DNA of 64,000 nt from Stegostoma tigrinum. Lineage: Eukaryota. Below are positions 37,746 through 49,759 of this stretch, in pieces. Where the stretch lies: positions 6,120,658 to 6,184,657 of the forward strand of contig NC_081394.1 in the NCBI RefSeq assembly GCF_030684315.1, in the 5' to 3' direction. Numbering within the stretch: the first letter of the stretch is position 1; each line of letters begins with the position of its first letter. The notes under the pieces are model-generated. The model had not been told where the DNA came from, did not search any database, and was given only the letters and a program-made list of their open reading frames with translations. The position numbers and the translations under genes are program-made.

Positions 37746-37879
37746 CTGTTCTGAGAAAGGATCACTTAAACTGCCGTCTCTACACAGATGTTGCCAGGCG
37801 TTCTGAGTTTCTGCACTCATTTCTTTTGTTGTTGTTTCAGATTTACAGCATCAGCAGTTCTGTGTTTCATTGTTTATTT

Positions 37880-38500
37880 TCAACTGTGCTGCTGCTGCGG
37901 GATCTTTCTGTGCACAAACTGCTGCTGTGCGTCCCACACTTTTACAGTGAGCACACTTCCAAAAAGTGCTGTCTCTGGAGGTTTTTTTGTGATGTTCAAT
38001 TTGAGGGAAAAAGAGCTCAAATCCAAATTTAACACTCAATCTATGACACTCTTAACTCAGAGCTGAGAAAGGGTCGAGACTAGGAGGTGGAGACAGAGAT
38101 GGCACAGTGTATGACAGAACCATATAGGGAGAGAGAGGGATGGAAAAGGTTAAATTGACTGAATAGTGAATAACACTCATGAGAACTTACAACAACTTAA
38201 ACCAATGTTGGTAAACTGTGAGAATAACTTCTGTTGCCATTCCTTCAATGGAACTTCACACTGTTGGTGGCTTCATCTTTTAGATGGTGAATTAAACTGC
38301 TCCTTTTGCCCTCTGCGGGGTGTTAAGAGATCCCATGGAAGAGAAGCAGGGAGCAATTCTGCTCAGTGCCTGGAGATTTTCATCATCTCCCTCCAAGAAA
38401 ACAACATTAAACACGTGAGTTTTTTGAATACAGCTGTTGGGAGATTTGCTGTGAGCAAATTTGCTGCTGTGTTTCTTACATTATATCAATGATTACAGTT
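37880..38500 (+). mobile_element. DeuSINE (SacSINE1-like) remnants
   Basis: gagatcccatgg..gaagcagggag and gctgttgggagatttgctgtgagcaaatttgctgctgtgtttcttacatta Deu-domain-like segments. Confidence 0.6.
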
Positions 38501-38826
38501 CACTAAACAAAGTCCTTCAGAGGCTGAGGAACATATGTGTTGCTCAGTCTCCGTGAACAATGAGGTTTGGTTTTTAACCTAAGAAAGAAGTTTAAACCCC
38601 GATTAAACCCCTGAACCGTGACTGACTCTCATGAGGCTGTGCAAGAACTTAAGCCCAGCCATGTGATAATTGATAAGACCATAAGACCATAAAACATAGG
38701 AGTGGAAGTAAGGCCATTCGGCCCATCAAGTCCACTCCACCATTTAAATCATGGCTGATGGGCATTTCAACTCCACTTCCCTGCCCTCTGATGGGGGTAA
38801 CATCTTCTGTTTCCATTTCTCTACAG

Positions 38827-39048
38827 GTTTCACAGAACATGGTGGTTACTGACCCTAAGAACACAACAAGAGACACAGCTCGAGATGGGGAGACACCAGC
38901 TCCCTGGGAATGCCTTTGCTGCACAGTGGGAGGAGATGCTGGATGCCAGGAGACCTCCTCTACCTTCTCAAAGCCGCCCAGCAGAGACAGGGCTGCACGC
39001 AGGGGTGAGGATGCAGTATATGCACAGACTGAATTCCCACAAAAGTGA
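38827..39048 (+). pseudogene. Orphan terminal cytoplasmic exon of a Siglec-like receptor (distal Tyr motif DAVYAQTEF)
   Basis: Strong acceptor catcttctgtttccatttctctacag; open 73 codons to TGA; EEML(D)A in a shifted frame plus TFSK resembles an eroded ITIM. Confidence 0.5.
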
Positions 39049-39132
39049 AAGAGAAACAGGGATGGTGTGTTAGGGATGTGTGCAGCCATTATGGCCGAAT
39101 AATAATGAAGGAAAAATGATGTTGCTCAACGT

Positions 39133-39325
39133 TGAGATAGCAAGAACAGCAGATGCTGGAGTCAGAGACAACACAGGGTGGAGCTGGAGGAACACAGCTG
39201 GCCAGGCAGCATCAGAGAAGCAGGAAAGTTGAAGTTTCTGAAGAAAGATCCCAAACCAAAATGTCAATTTCCCTGCTCCTCTGATGTTGCCTGACCTGCT
39301 GCTTTCCTCCAGCTCCACACTGTGT
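39133..39325. mobile_element. Old fold-back PLE-terminus mini-element
   Basis: Diverged inverted termini. Confidence 0.75.
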
Positions 39326-39986
39326 TGGTGAACTTTGTTGATAATTCTGAACATGCTTCCCTAATTCTTTATTTTTTTCATGCGGTCAGAGATTGTACGA
39401 AGCTTTTGAATTCCGTATAATTTTATAGATATTATGTGAAATAATTATGATGAAGCTTCACAATATCTGATTATTATTTAGGAATATGGAGGCTTTAGGT
39501 TTGGTTTGCATTTCTATACTGTGTGTTAATAAGGGGGAAGATATGCTTTTAGTTTCATTTTGACCATTCTCTGTAAGTGGCTTCATGGTGCTGATGATGT
39601 TCTTTTACATACATTTATAAACTTTGAAGTGAACTTTTTAATAGATCAGGAGAAAAAGGATTGACAGCCAATTAAAATCCCTGCTGCTGCTTGGCCACAT
39701 CATTAGTGACCTTGAAGGAAGGAAATCTGCTGGAACACATACAAGTCCAAAACCCCAGGAACATGAGTGACTCCTAACTGCTGAGCCATTTCAGCAGACA
39801 AACCATGCAGCAGTATTGAACTGATAACACATTTCAGATAAGAAACAAAACCAGACAGACCACTGGACATCAATCTGGGCTCTGGAAAACAGAGTGGCAA
39901 ACTCCTCCTTAACAACATCAAGGAGGCTGTGGCAAATTTTGAAGGGTTACCTCACAACAGACAAACGACAGACTACTTCAGGACAA

Positions 39987-40235
39987 GATAAAATGTGAGG
40001 CTGGATGAACACAGCAGGCCAAGCAGCATCTCAGGAGCACAAAAGCTGACGTTTCGGGCCTAGACCCTTCATCAGAGAGGGGGATGGGAAGAGGGAACTG
40101 GAATAAATAGGGAGAGAGGGGGAGGCGGACCGAAGATGGAGAGTAAAGAAGATAGGTGGAGAGAGTATAGGTGGGGAGGTAGGGAGGGGATAGGTCAGTC
40201 CAGGGAAGACGGACAGGTCAAGGAGGTGGGATGAG
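39987..40235 (-). mobile_element. Young single-arm PLE terminus with intact HHR (40046-40077)
   Basis: Near-identical to 6772-7015; TSD gactac(t/c)tcaggacaa. Confidence 0.9.
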
Positions 40236-40676
40236 GACTACCTCAGGACAATGTGGGTAAGTTTAGTTTGAGCAAAAAGGGTGAATAACACAGTCACTCG
40301 GACTTTTAAAACAACAGGAAGTATAATGGTAAAATGAAAAGAAAGCAGCTGGTTAATGTGTGTGCAGGAGTGTTTAACCACGTCAAGAATTATGAAGGAA
40401 GTTAAGAAGAAGGAAAGCTCAGGAGATATTATTTATGGCGATGTTAGAATTCAAAAAGAAGCCATAAAAATTAACATAAGGACACTTTACTTGATGCTTG
40501 TTGCATTCCAGATTCCAAAACAGCACAAATGAGTTTGATTTAGTAGACATTATGAAGATCTGGTTGCAGGATGGTAATGTTTGGGAATTAAATATCCAGT
40601 GCTATCAGACTATCGGAAGGACGAGCAGGAAGATAAGGGAGGTGGTGTTACTCTGGTATTTTAGGATGACATCAGG

Positions 40677-41178
40677 GTGGTCTCCAAGCCTCTGCTTGGT
40701 TTCCCCGATGTGGAGGAGGCCACATGGGGAACAGTCGATCCAGTATACCACATTAGCAGATGTGCAGGTGAACATCTGCTTGATGTGGAAGGTCGTCTTG
40801 GGGACTGGGATGGGGGTGAGGGAGGAGGTGTAGGGGCAGGTGTAGCACTTCCTGTGGTTGCAGGGAAAAGTGCCGGGTGTGGTGGGGCTGGAGGGGAGAC
40901 AAGGGAGTCACGGAGAGAGTGCGATAGGAAAGAAGATAAGGGTGGGGAGGGAAAAATGTCTTTGGCAGTGGGGTCGGATTGCAGATGGTGTCAGTGCCGG
41001 AGAATGGTGCATTGGATCCGGAGGTTGGTGGGGTGGTATGTGAGGATGAGGGGGATTCTGTTTTGGTTGATGTTGCAGGGAGCGGGTGTGAAGGATGAGC
41101 TGCAGGAAATGCGAGAAACACAGTCCCGCAACTTCCCCTCCACAGTGGTCGAAAACGCCCTCAACCGTGTTTCTCGCA
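40677..41178 (-). mobile_element. Neptune-like PLE fragment with short terminal inversion
   Basis: NRIPLILTYHPTNLRIQCTILRH and GIY-YIG remnant; 41122-41178 folds back. Confidence 0.8.
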
Positions 41179-41179
41179 G

Positions 41180-43566
41180 ATGAACTCGGAAGCAGACAAG
41201 CAATCAAAAATTCACAATTTTGCTAAAAGAGATAAAGTGTTAGTGTTACTTCCAGCCATGGGTGAATCTTTAAAATCAATTAGTGGACTTTATCAAATCA
41301 AAAGGAGATTGACTGAGGTGAATTATTTGATCAGAACTCCAAATAGAAACAAATCTCACAAGAGTGTGTCATGTAAATATGCTTCTCCTTGATAGGGAAG
41401 GAATGCAAAAGGAGAATATGTTATTGATTACAATACAGAGTGAAGAACCAATTTCAGAGGATTCTGAATTGGACATTCTTCAAAGTTAGATTAGACAATA
41501 AGGAATTTCTGAATAAAAATTGGATACATTATTGATTTACCTTCCAGAGGAAAATTGAATTGACCTGAAAGAGTTATTACTACCACATGAGGAGAGATGT
41601 GGGAAGAAGCTGGGAAGTACTAATCTAATTATGCATAATGGATATATGGGAATGCTGTTCCAATTAAGCAACATCCTTATAGACTTAACCATCAAAAGTT
41701 GGCACAGGTTCAAAAAGAGATTGAACGCATGGTCTAAGACAGCATAATCAAAGTGCATTGCAGAGACTGGAGCTCACCTATAGTAATAGTGCCAGAAGTA
41801 GATAGTAACCAACCATTATGAGTTGACTATCACAAAGTCAATGCAGTTACAACGTGTGATTCATATCTGATTCCATGTTTGGAAGACTGTATTAAGAAAG
41901 TCAGACAAGCAACTTCTTTGTCTAAGTTGGACTTCCTCAGAAGGCAGTGGCAGGTACCTTTATCTGAAAGAGGGATGACAATTTCATCTTTCGTAACTCA
42001 AAACGTACTGTATCAATTTAACGTCATGCCATTTGGCGTGAAACATGTGGCCACCACATTTCAAAGTATCAACGATAAATTCATTTCTGGATTACCCAGT
42101 TGTGTGGTGTATATTGACAACCTGGTGATTATTAGTCACATATGGAAAGAACATTTGCAGCATTTATTGGATCTATTCCATTGACTTTGGGAGGCAGGCT
42201 TGGTGATAAACCTAGCTAGGAGTGACTTTGAGTCATGTTCCTGGGCCATGTGTTTGGACATGGTCCGATAGTCCCATGGATTGTGGAAAAAAAGTTTATT
42301 GAGGAGTTCCCAGAAACACTGGTGAGGAGAGCAGTGCTATGATTCCCGGGACTGAGTGGTTTTTGTCGGAAATTTGTACTGAATTTTAGCAGTGTGGTTT
42401 CTCCACTGACTGAATTATTGAAGCAGTGCAGAAATTTTCAGTGAACAGCAGACCATTAGAGGGCATTTGACAGCCTGAACACTATGTCAGCCACGACCCC
42501 AGGGTTAGCTAATTACACAAAGCCATTCAAAGTGGTCATCATTGTGACTGATGTGTGTCCGTGCTGTACAAGAAGATAGGAAGACCTATTGGGTATTTCT
42601 GTAGGAATTTGAATTATCATTAACAAAAATATTCCACAATTGAGAAGGAGACCTTGAGCTCGGTGTTGGCATTACAACATTTCAACATTTATATTGCCTG
42701 TAATGTGTCGGACACAATTGTATATCCTGATCATAACCCATTAATGTTTTTGGAGTAAGTTAAGGAGAAAAATTGCAGACTGTTTAGATGGAGCTTATTA
42801 CTGTAATCATTCAATTTGAAAATGAAGAAAGACAGAGGCTTTCAGTGGCAGGGGTAAACAGACTGAAATAGTAGTGCGTAGTGAATGTTGCATGTTCAGA
42901 TTCAATGTAATGTCGATGTATTGTAGCGTACTAACAGAGTTAGACTAAAGGTTTTGAAATTAAGAGATGGAGACTTGTGCCGATGTTGACGCTGTAAAAA
43001 GGTTATTTTGCCCTGTGTTTTTTTTGAAGAGAGGTGATAAAGACAGAAGAGCTCAAATGGCTACAAGAGACTGGCTAAGCCAACGAAAAGAGCCTTAAGG
43101 TCCTGAAGGTTTTAACAATGGAAGGGGAGTGGCCGGTTCTCCTCATTCAGTTTTTCTTTCGTGGTAGCAGTCAAAAGATGTGTCAGTTCAGAAGAGAGGC
43201 TGACTTCCTCTTAAATCTCTCTCTGGATGTTGTTCACTCCTGCCTATAAGAATCTCTGTTTGAATTTACCTTTTAGCCAAGTGGTGTGTTCATGGGATGT
43301 TACTACATCAGAACAATTAATTAGTTACATTGCTGCATCGGGTTGTTTAAGTTTTCCAATAGTTATGTTACTCTAAATTCCAATCTCTTTTGTTTGTGTT
43401 TTAACTGCAGTGTTTAAATAAATTGCAGTTTGCTTAAAGGTGATTGGTTTGACTGTTGTATCACACCTGGAACACCCGCTTCACGTCTGCCTTTAAAATA
43501 AGGAAAAGTTAGGGTCTGACCTACCTACTTAAAATATTTTTGAGGGATTTGGCCTAGTCCATAACA
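41180..43566 (+). mobile_element. Gmr1-type Ty3/gypsy LTR retrotransposon remnant (IN C-term, RT, RNase H, 3' LTR)
   Basis: RDKVLVLLP..GLYQI..VNYLIRTP precedes SKLD..WQVPL..LYQFNVMPFG..VYIDNLVI and RPIGYF..KYSTIEKETL..DHNPL; LTR ends ...gtccataaca. Confidence 0.88.
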
Positions 43567-44288
43567 GGCCCTTATTCTCAATGTGTACAAGTTAGAACAC
43601 CACTGGACTCCTCGTGCTACCTCCCACTGGCAGATACTCGACCAGCGGTGCCTCGCTGGGAAGAGCCCATTTTGGTTTTAAACTTTTTGGACACTCTTTC
43701 AGCCACTGCCGAAAATATCAACTGTGGACACAAAAAGATCCTGTCTGAGCGAAACTGAAACAGCTGGTGGTAATGGGGGAAACAGAAGGAACATCACACT
43801 GCAGATTGAAACCTTTCTAGACCCAGGTGAGAGCAGATCACTGTAGCAGATGGCATATCCCCGGCTTAGGGGGAACAGGGATGTAATGATTGGGACCAGG
43901 TGGACCTCATTTATCATGATCCTTGATTGGGGTTATTAATCTGCGTCAATCAGTAAAGCCCTGTGTCACCAATTTAAGCGGGAGATTAGAATCTCCTCAG
44001 CTGAGGAGTGACTTTGAGCTGCCTGGCCACAGCCTTTGAGGGAGAAGTTGGTTTGCTTCTGGGCTGTGTTCCCATTTTGGGCTGAGTAAGTCCCCGGTTT
44101 CTCCTGTTGCTGCTGCCTGGCCCTACCTGGGTCTCCCACTGCTGCCTGGCCCTGGATTCACTGCTGTCTGGGCTGGTGCCTGTCCATCGTTGTGATGCTG
44201 CCTGGGCCTTAGTCCAGATCTTTTGCTGCCTGGGCCTGGACTTCCTACCTCTGCCCCGTGTGTAGGCTGAATATTAGCCCCGTGTGTA

Positions 44289-44547
44289 GGGCAAACCAGT
44301 GATGACGACAAGCAGAAAGCTTTCCAAAAATGTGTTGTGATTATTAGCTGACTGGATAAAAATGACTGCAGGCAAGGATGAATATAAACGTCAGCTGAAA
44401 GAACTGCGGGAGATCTGCCATCCAATTGTCAGCACATTGTAGCATGTTGCTGGGGGCATGCCTAATGTGATGTCAGAAGGATTTCCTGGTGCTGCTGCTC
44501 CCATTGCAAGTGGGTGCTCTGGGCTAACCATTGAAGGAGTTGCCAAA
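44289..44547 (+). pseudogene. HSPA8: Retrocopy fragment of cytosolic HSP70 (HSC70-like) C-terminus
   Basis: SDDDKQKAFQKCVVIIS*LDKN/TAGKDEYKRQLKELREICHPIVSTL*HVAGGMPNVMSEGFPGAAAPIASGCSGLTIEGV vs [64 protein letters not shown]...GPTIEEVD. Confidence 0.85.
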
Positions 44548-45914
44548 ATAAAATGCACAGTAAGAATCAGTGAGTCTAGAAACTGGATGTTTATTGGCGC
44601 ATTAAGACATCAGAATGCAAAATGTACACTTTGCTTAAAAATATGACCAGGAGATAAGAATCTCCTCATTTTGAGGTCTGACTCCTGGCTGCCTGGTCAC
44701 AGCCAATGCTCCAATGAGTACAGAATGACTTGGTGACAGAACCTAGTTCCTGAGCAGTTACTTTGGTAAGTAAGACATTGAGTGGAAAAAGCAGTGGAAG
44801 AGTCATTTTGGGAGGGACAGGCAAGAAATTGGAGTTCAGTTCAGAATCGGATCAGCCATGACCTTCCTGATGAATGCATCAGGTTAAAGGGGCTGAATGG
44901 CCTGCTCCTGCTCCCTATGTCTGATTAAAGAGAAATGGAAAGTGCTGTAGACATTCAGAAGTCTTGGAGAAAATTAAACTCATAAAGTGTTTGGCCAAAA
45001 TTGACTCCATTTTAAAAAGGCTGTTAATCATCTCCATGGGGTTGAGACGGTTGATATCAGGACTGGGTTGGAGCTGGGAGCTGATTGTGTGTGTGTGTGT
45101 CTCTTCCATTAATAGACAATCCTTCACCACATTCTAAAAAACAGTCGCATTAGCGTGTGTGAGAATGTTCATGGAGTACTGAGGGGGACAGTGACAGATT
45201 ACTGGAGGGTATTAATAGACTGGGGAAATGAATGCACAGGTTAATTTCTGGGTCATGAGTATTGGGTTGTAAAGAGAGACATGTTAGGAATGAAACATGA
45301 ACAACAGGTTTAGTTGGGCTGAATGGTCTGTTGCACTGCATTAGATTCACACTAAATCTTTTATGTTTGGAGTCTCTCATCATATCCTTGGTACGTCTCA
45401 TCAAAGACATTGTCTTCAAGGTGATTGCCTGTGTTCTGAGTCCATTATTAAAGCTGTGTTCCACACAGCACTCTTTTATGTTTGGGATATTGAACTGTTT
45501 TATAAAATGGATTGGGAGTCTGTAATTACTAAACCATTTTCAAATGATAAGACTTAAGAATTACTGCCTTAGACCATGAGGATCCAGGAAGGTGAAGCTA
45601 ATTAGTGTTGGAGAGAACAGTATTAGTTCCCTGGTCTTTTCATCCATTGTCCTGCCCTATAAATCAGCACTGAATGTTTCTACATTGGCTTACCTTTTTG
45701 ACACTATGTTGAGTAGAAAACTGGCTTCAGTCTTATGTCCAGGATTTCCTTCCATCTGTTGTGATACTTTGTAGAGTTCCATGTGTGTCCTCTAGTTTAT
45801 TTGCACGACTGTTGCTGTACACAGATACCTAGTCTGGTGGTCGTACACACCACCCAGAGCTAAATACTGGTATTTCTCACCCTCCTCGCTTTCTCCCCCC
45901 CCCCCCCCCCCAAA

Positions 45915-46439
45915 CTTGGTCTGGCACAAAATGTGAAAGTCCACACTCCAGATGTTGTGACAGTGTGGGAAGGTTCTTCTGCACAAATTCCATGTCATTA
46001 CAGTTATCCTTCACATCTGGCAAACCAACCACGAGTCGGAATCTGGTTTTATCAAAAGCGATTGGAAACATGGTCAGTAGCTTTCCACTCCAAGAATCAC
46101 AGCAATGAGATGCCTCAATTTCGCCATCGGACCCAGCTGCCTGGAGACCTAAAGGATGGAGACTGTTTGCTGAGTATAAACAACATCACACAGGAAGACA
46201 AAAGCTGACGTTTCGGGCCTAGACCCTTCATCTGATGAAGCGTCAAGGCCCGAGACGTCAGCTTTTGTGCTCCTGAGATGCTGCTGGGCCTGCTGTTGTT
46301 CATCCAGCCTCACATTTTTTTATCTTGGATTCTCCAGTATCTGCAGTTCCCATTATCACTCACACAGGAAGATGCAGAATAAAATTTGATAATGCAAATA
46401 GTTACAGCTACTTTACTGTAACCCATCTTCGCATTTCTG
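45915..46439 (+). pseudogene. Siglec-like V-set Ig exon, inactivated
   Basis: Paralogue of 58875-59240 (AQIPCHYSYPSHLANQ.RVGIWF); acceptor AG lost, PLE insertion 46199-46359, 16-nt deletion of the GSYYFR codons; donor TCTG|gtaagt retained. Confidence 0.92.
46199..46359. mobile_element. Fold-back PLE-terminus mini-element inside the Siglec-like exon
   Basis: TSD TCACACAGGAAGA at 46186-46198 and 46360-46372. Confidence 0.92.
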
Positions 46440-46737
46440 GTAAGTGCTGTGCTATAATTATTCAGTAATTCACATCCAGCGCTCAGTGGGAAATAACACA
46501 TACTGTGCAATGTGACATTAACACAAAACATGGCCTGTTACAACAGCGTCTGATTCTCAATAACCTGGTGATAGTTTCCAGTTCAGTTCTCGAGCAACCT
46601 CTATTTCTTACTTTAATATCAGCGATTAAATGTATTGACTGTGTCCACCAATGTTATCAGGTTATCCACACGCATCATCCTCTCTAATCCTGTTTAAGGA
46701 TCTTACAAAGCGACAAAAACAATAGACTTGCATTTCA

Positions 46738-46867
46738 GTGATAATGGGAACTGCAGATGCTGGAGAATCCAAGAGAACAAAGTGTGAGGCTGGATGAACA
46801 CAGCAGGCCAAGCAGCATCTCAGGAGCACAAAAGCTGATGTTTCTGGCCTAGACCCTTCATCAGAAA
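46738..46867 (-). mobile_element. Single-arm 130-bp PLE terminus beginning just upstream of the HHR core
   Basis: TSD AGACTTGCATTTCA at 46724-46737 and 46868-46881. Confidence 0.9.
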
Positions 46868-47100
46868 AGACTTGCATTTCAATAGTGTCCTTCACCACTC
46901 CAGAGGATCCCAAAGAATCTCACAGAAATGAAACAATTCTTGATGTTGTCACTGATGTGACACAGCATCCAATATGAGCTCAGCAAGCTCCCACAAACAT
47001 CAGTGATATCGATGGCTCTCTGATCTCTGAGACATTGATGAAGCAGCTTTGCAGTAAATGTTACAGTGAAACATAACTTGAGTGGACATCCATAGTGAGA

Positions 47101-47289
47101 GATTGAAAGCGGGCAGTAAGGGATGAAGATTGAAAGTGGGCAGTAAGGGATGAAGATTGAAAGCGGGCAGTAAGGGATGAAGATTGAAAGTGGGCAGTAA
47201 GGGATGAAGATTGAAAGTGGGCAGTAAGGGATGAAGATTGAAAGCGGGCAGTAAGGGATGAAGATTGAAAGCGGGCAGTAAGGGATGAA
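47101..47289 (+). repeat. 27-bp tandem repeat x7 (gattgaaag[c/t]gggcagtaagggatgaa) fused to a PLE terminus (47290-47372)
   Basis: Seven units differing at one position; the last unit runs into gggtccaggcctgaaacgtcag. Confidence 0.95.
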
Positions 47290-47405
47290 GGGTCCAGGCC
47301 TGAAACGTCAGCCTTCCTGATCCTATGATGCTGCTTGGCCTGCTGTGTTCATCCAGCTCCACACCTTGTCTCATAAGTGATTAATGCTTTCTTTGTGTTT
47401 TCCAG

Positions 47406-47600
47406 ATAGCAGAGGGATGAGTCTGCATGCGTTCTTGATCCTGGGAATGTGAGTTGGGATATTCATTGCGGCTGTTGGCGTTTGTATCTGCAGGCAGCAA
47501 ACAGTTAAGAGAAGCTGAGAGGCTTTTTCAAGCTTTGTCAGTGCAACAGAGTCACATGTGCTGTTGAGTCAAGTTGAAATGAATCCTGATAATAGCACTG
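47406..47600 (+). pseudogene. Putative transmembrane exon of the Siglec-like pseudogene
   Basis: Acceptor tttgtgttttccag, phase 1 compatible with the V exon; DSRGMSLHAFLILGM*VGIFIAAVGVCICRQQTVKRS*EAF...; possible donor ACTG|gttagg. Confidence 0.6.
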
Positions 47601-47827
47601 GTTAGGATCATTTGAGATCAGTCATTACAGCACAGAAGTATACCATTCAGTCCATTGAGCCAGGCTGGCTCTCTCTTTAGAGCAACCCAGTCAGTCCCAT
47701 TTCCCCATTCTCTCTCTCTTTATTGTTCTGCAAATTTATTTCTCACAAGTGTCCATCCAATTTCCATTTTAAATTATTGAACATCTCCCTTTGCACCCCA
47801 CTTCATAGGCAGTGAGTTCTAGAAATG

Positions 47828-49530
47828 GGATATTGCTTCTTAGTGTATGGAGATACACCTCAAATGAGAGCTTCTCCTGTTCCTCTTCATCAAACTGAAA
47901 CTTCTTCCACGCCTTCTGCTCCTCACAGCTGCTGTGTGACTCCATTAAACCTAAGACTGACCATAGCCAACATGGTCAAATGGCCCTGAACAGAAACATG
48001 ACTTAGCTCGACTTTGTTATCAGAACTGAATATGCATTCTGACTGAGTGATAACAAAATGTGAAGCTAGATGAACACAGCAGGCCAAGCAGCATCCTAGG
48101 AGCACAAAAGCTGACATTTCGGGCCTAGACCCTTCATCAGAAAATAGTCAGCCTTCCTGCTCTTTAGATGCTGCTTGGCCTGCTGTGTTCATCCAGCTCC
48201 ACACTTTGTTATCTCGGTTTATCCAACATCTGTGGTTCCCATTATCTCTGATACATTCTGAATGATGCATCTTGCTCATGCAGTGAGGAATTCCAAGGAA
48301 CATGCCAGTTATGAACATTGTTACGTTGATTAACAGAATAGAATAAAATATTCAGGCTGGTCTGCAGATAAACATCAATTAAACTCTGCATTGATTCAAA
48401 CTTGTTGACTCAAAGATGGTCTCACATTTTCTCAGTTTTCCCACATTGTTTGAAATCTTGGATTAAATGTAGAATGAAAATTTTCAATGCAAACATGTCA
48501 CATTGTAGTTACAGCCTCCTGCCATTTGTAGTATGTTATGTTCATGCCTCGTTTCTCAGATACAGGAGGAACTATTCCATTTGACTACATTGCTCAGATG
48601 GGGGCTTCAGGGGAATTTTTGCACAGTGCTAAAGGTGTTCCTAAGATAATACACATTCAGTGCAGTGCTTCACTCACCCAGTACTGCCCTCTGACAAAGT
48701 GGCACACTCTCAGTCCAAACACTGCGATAGTACAGCACTCTCTCAGGAGTGAACCTTAGATAAAGTTTCATACTCCCTCTCTCCCTCTGAAATTTCCTCC
48801 AGCTCCTGCACCCCTCCCTATATGTGCAACCTCCTCTAGCCCTTATTCCTTCTCCCCATTGCTGTATTCTCCCCATCCCCCACATATAACCCTCCCTATC
48901 AGTGTGGCCATCTCTAGCCCGTACCCCTGTCACTATGTTTGTTACTTCCTCCAGACCAAACAATATTCTGAGGTCTTTTTGTTTTCTCTATTTCTGATGT
49001 TGACTATTCTTACTTTCTATTGCTCCCCCAATCCTGGCCATGTCTGGATCTTGAGCGCTGGAGCTCCCTCCCCAAACCTTACAGCCTTAGGAGGATCTCA
49101 GAGACTCTCACAGCAGTGACTCACAACAGCATTCAGAACAGAGTGTCCAGGCCTGTAACTTCCCTGTCTTCCCAGCACGGCAACCACAAGAAGGAAGTAG
49201 AAACGTTGACAGTTAAGCAGAACACAAACTGGTGCATATGTAAAAATCAGAAATTTACAGTATCCCTTTGTCGCTGACCTACAGAACAGTAAAAATTCAT
49301 TAAATCACAGATGGGCACAGCATAGAGAGAGGCCTTTCAGCCTATCCTGCCAGTTCTGGCTATCTGCTAGATCTAACCACTTGGTTCCAATTTTCCACTC
49401 ATTCACACTGTGCCCAAATGCCCTTTTGAAAGTTCCTGTTAAACCTGCTTCCAACTCCCGTTCAGAATGTGGGTTCCACATCAGAACAGCTCACTGTGCA
49501 CAATAAGCCTGAGCCTGCCTGCTCAGTCAC
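47828..49530 (+). repeat. Segmental duplication copy 2, carrying a fold-back PLE mini-element at about 48046-48250
   Basis: Colinear with 25262-26714; insert flanked by at(g/a)cattctga and absent from copy 1 at about 25454. Confidence 0.9.
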
Positions 49531-49759
49531 GGTCACTTCAAGACAAGGGAAGACGTGGAGAGTTATTTTCAGGCATTGGATTTAAGGTTGAAGTCGGAAA
49601 TTGCGATAGGGAAGCTGCAGCAAGGAAAAGTAGGCGGAAGAAGTGAGAGTGGTCTACAGCCACCATCAGTAATGTGAGACAATGCGTGCATGGGAAAATA
49701 CTGGCCTCTCACACAGTACAGTACAGGAACAGAACCTTTGGCCCACCAAATCTGTGCCA

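Noticed and set aside
47000-47374. 124-aa ORF with LHPLLPAFN repeats
   Set aside because: Antisense translation of the 27-bp tandem repeat plus PLE terminus
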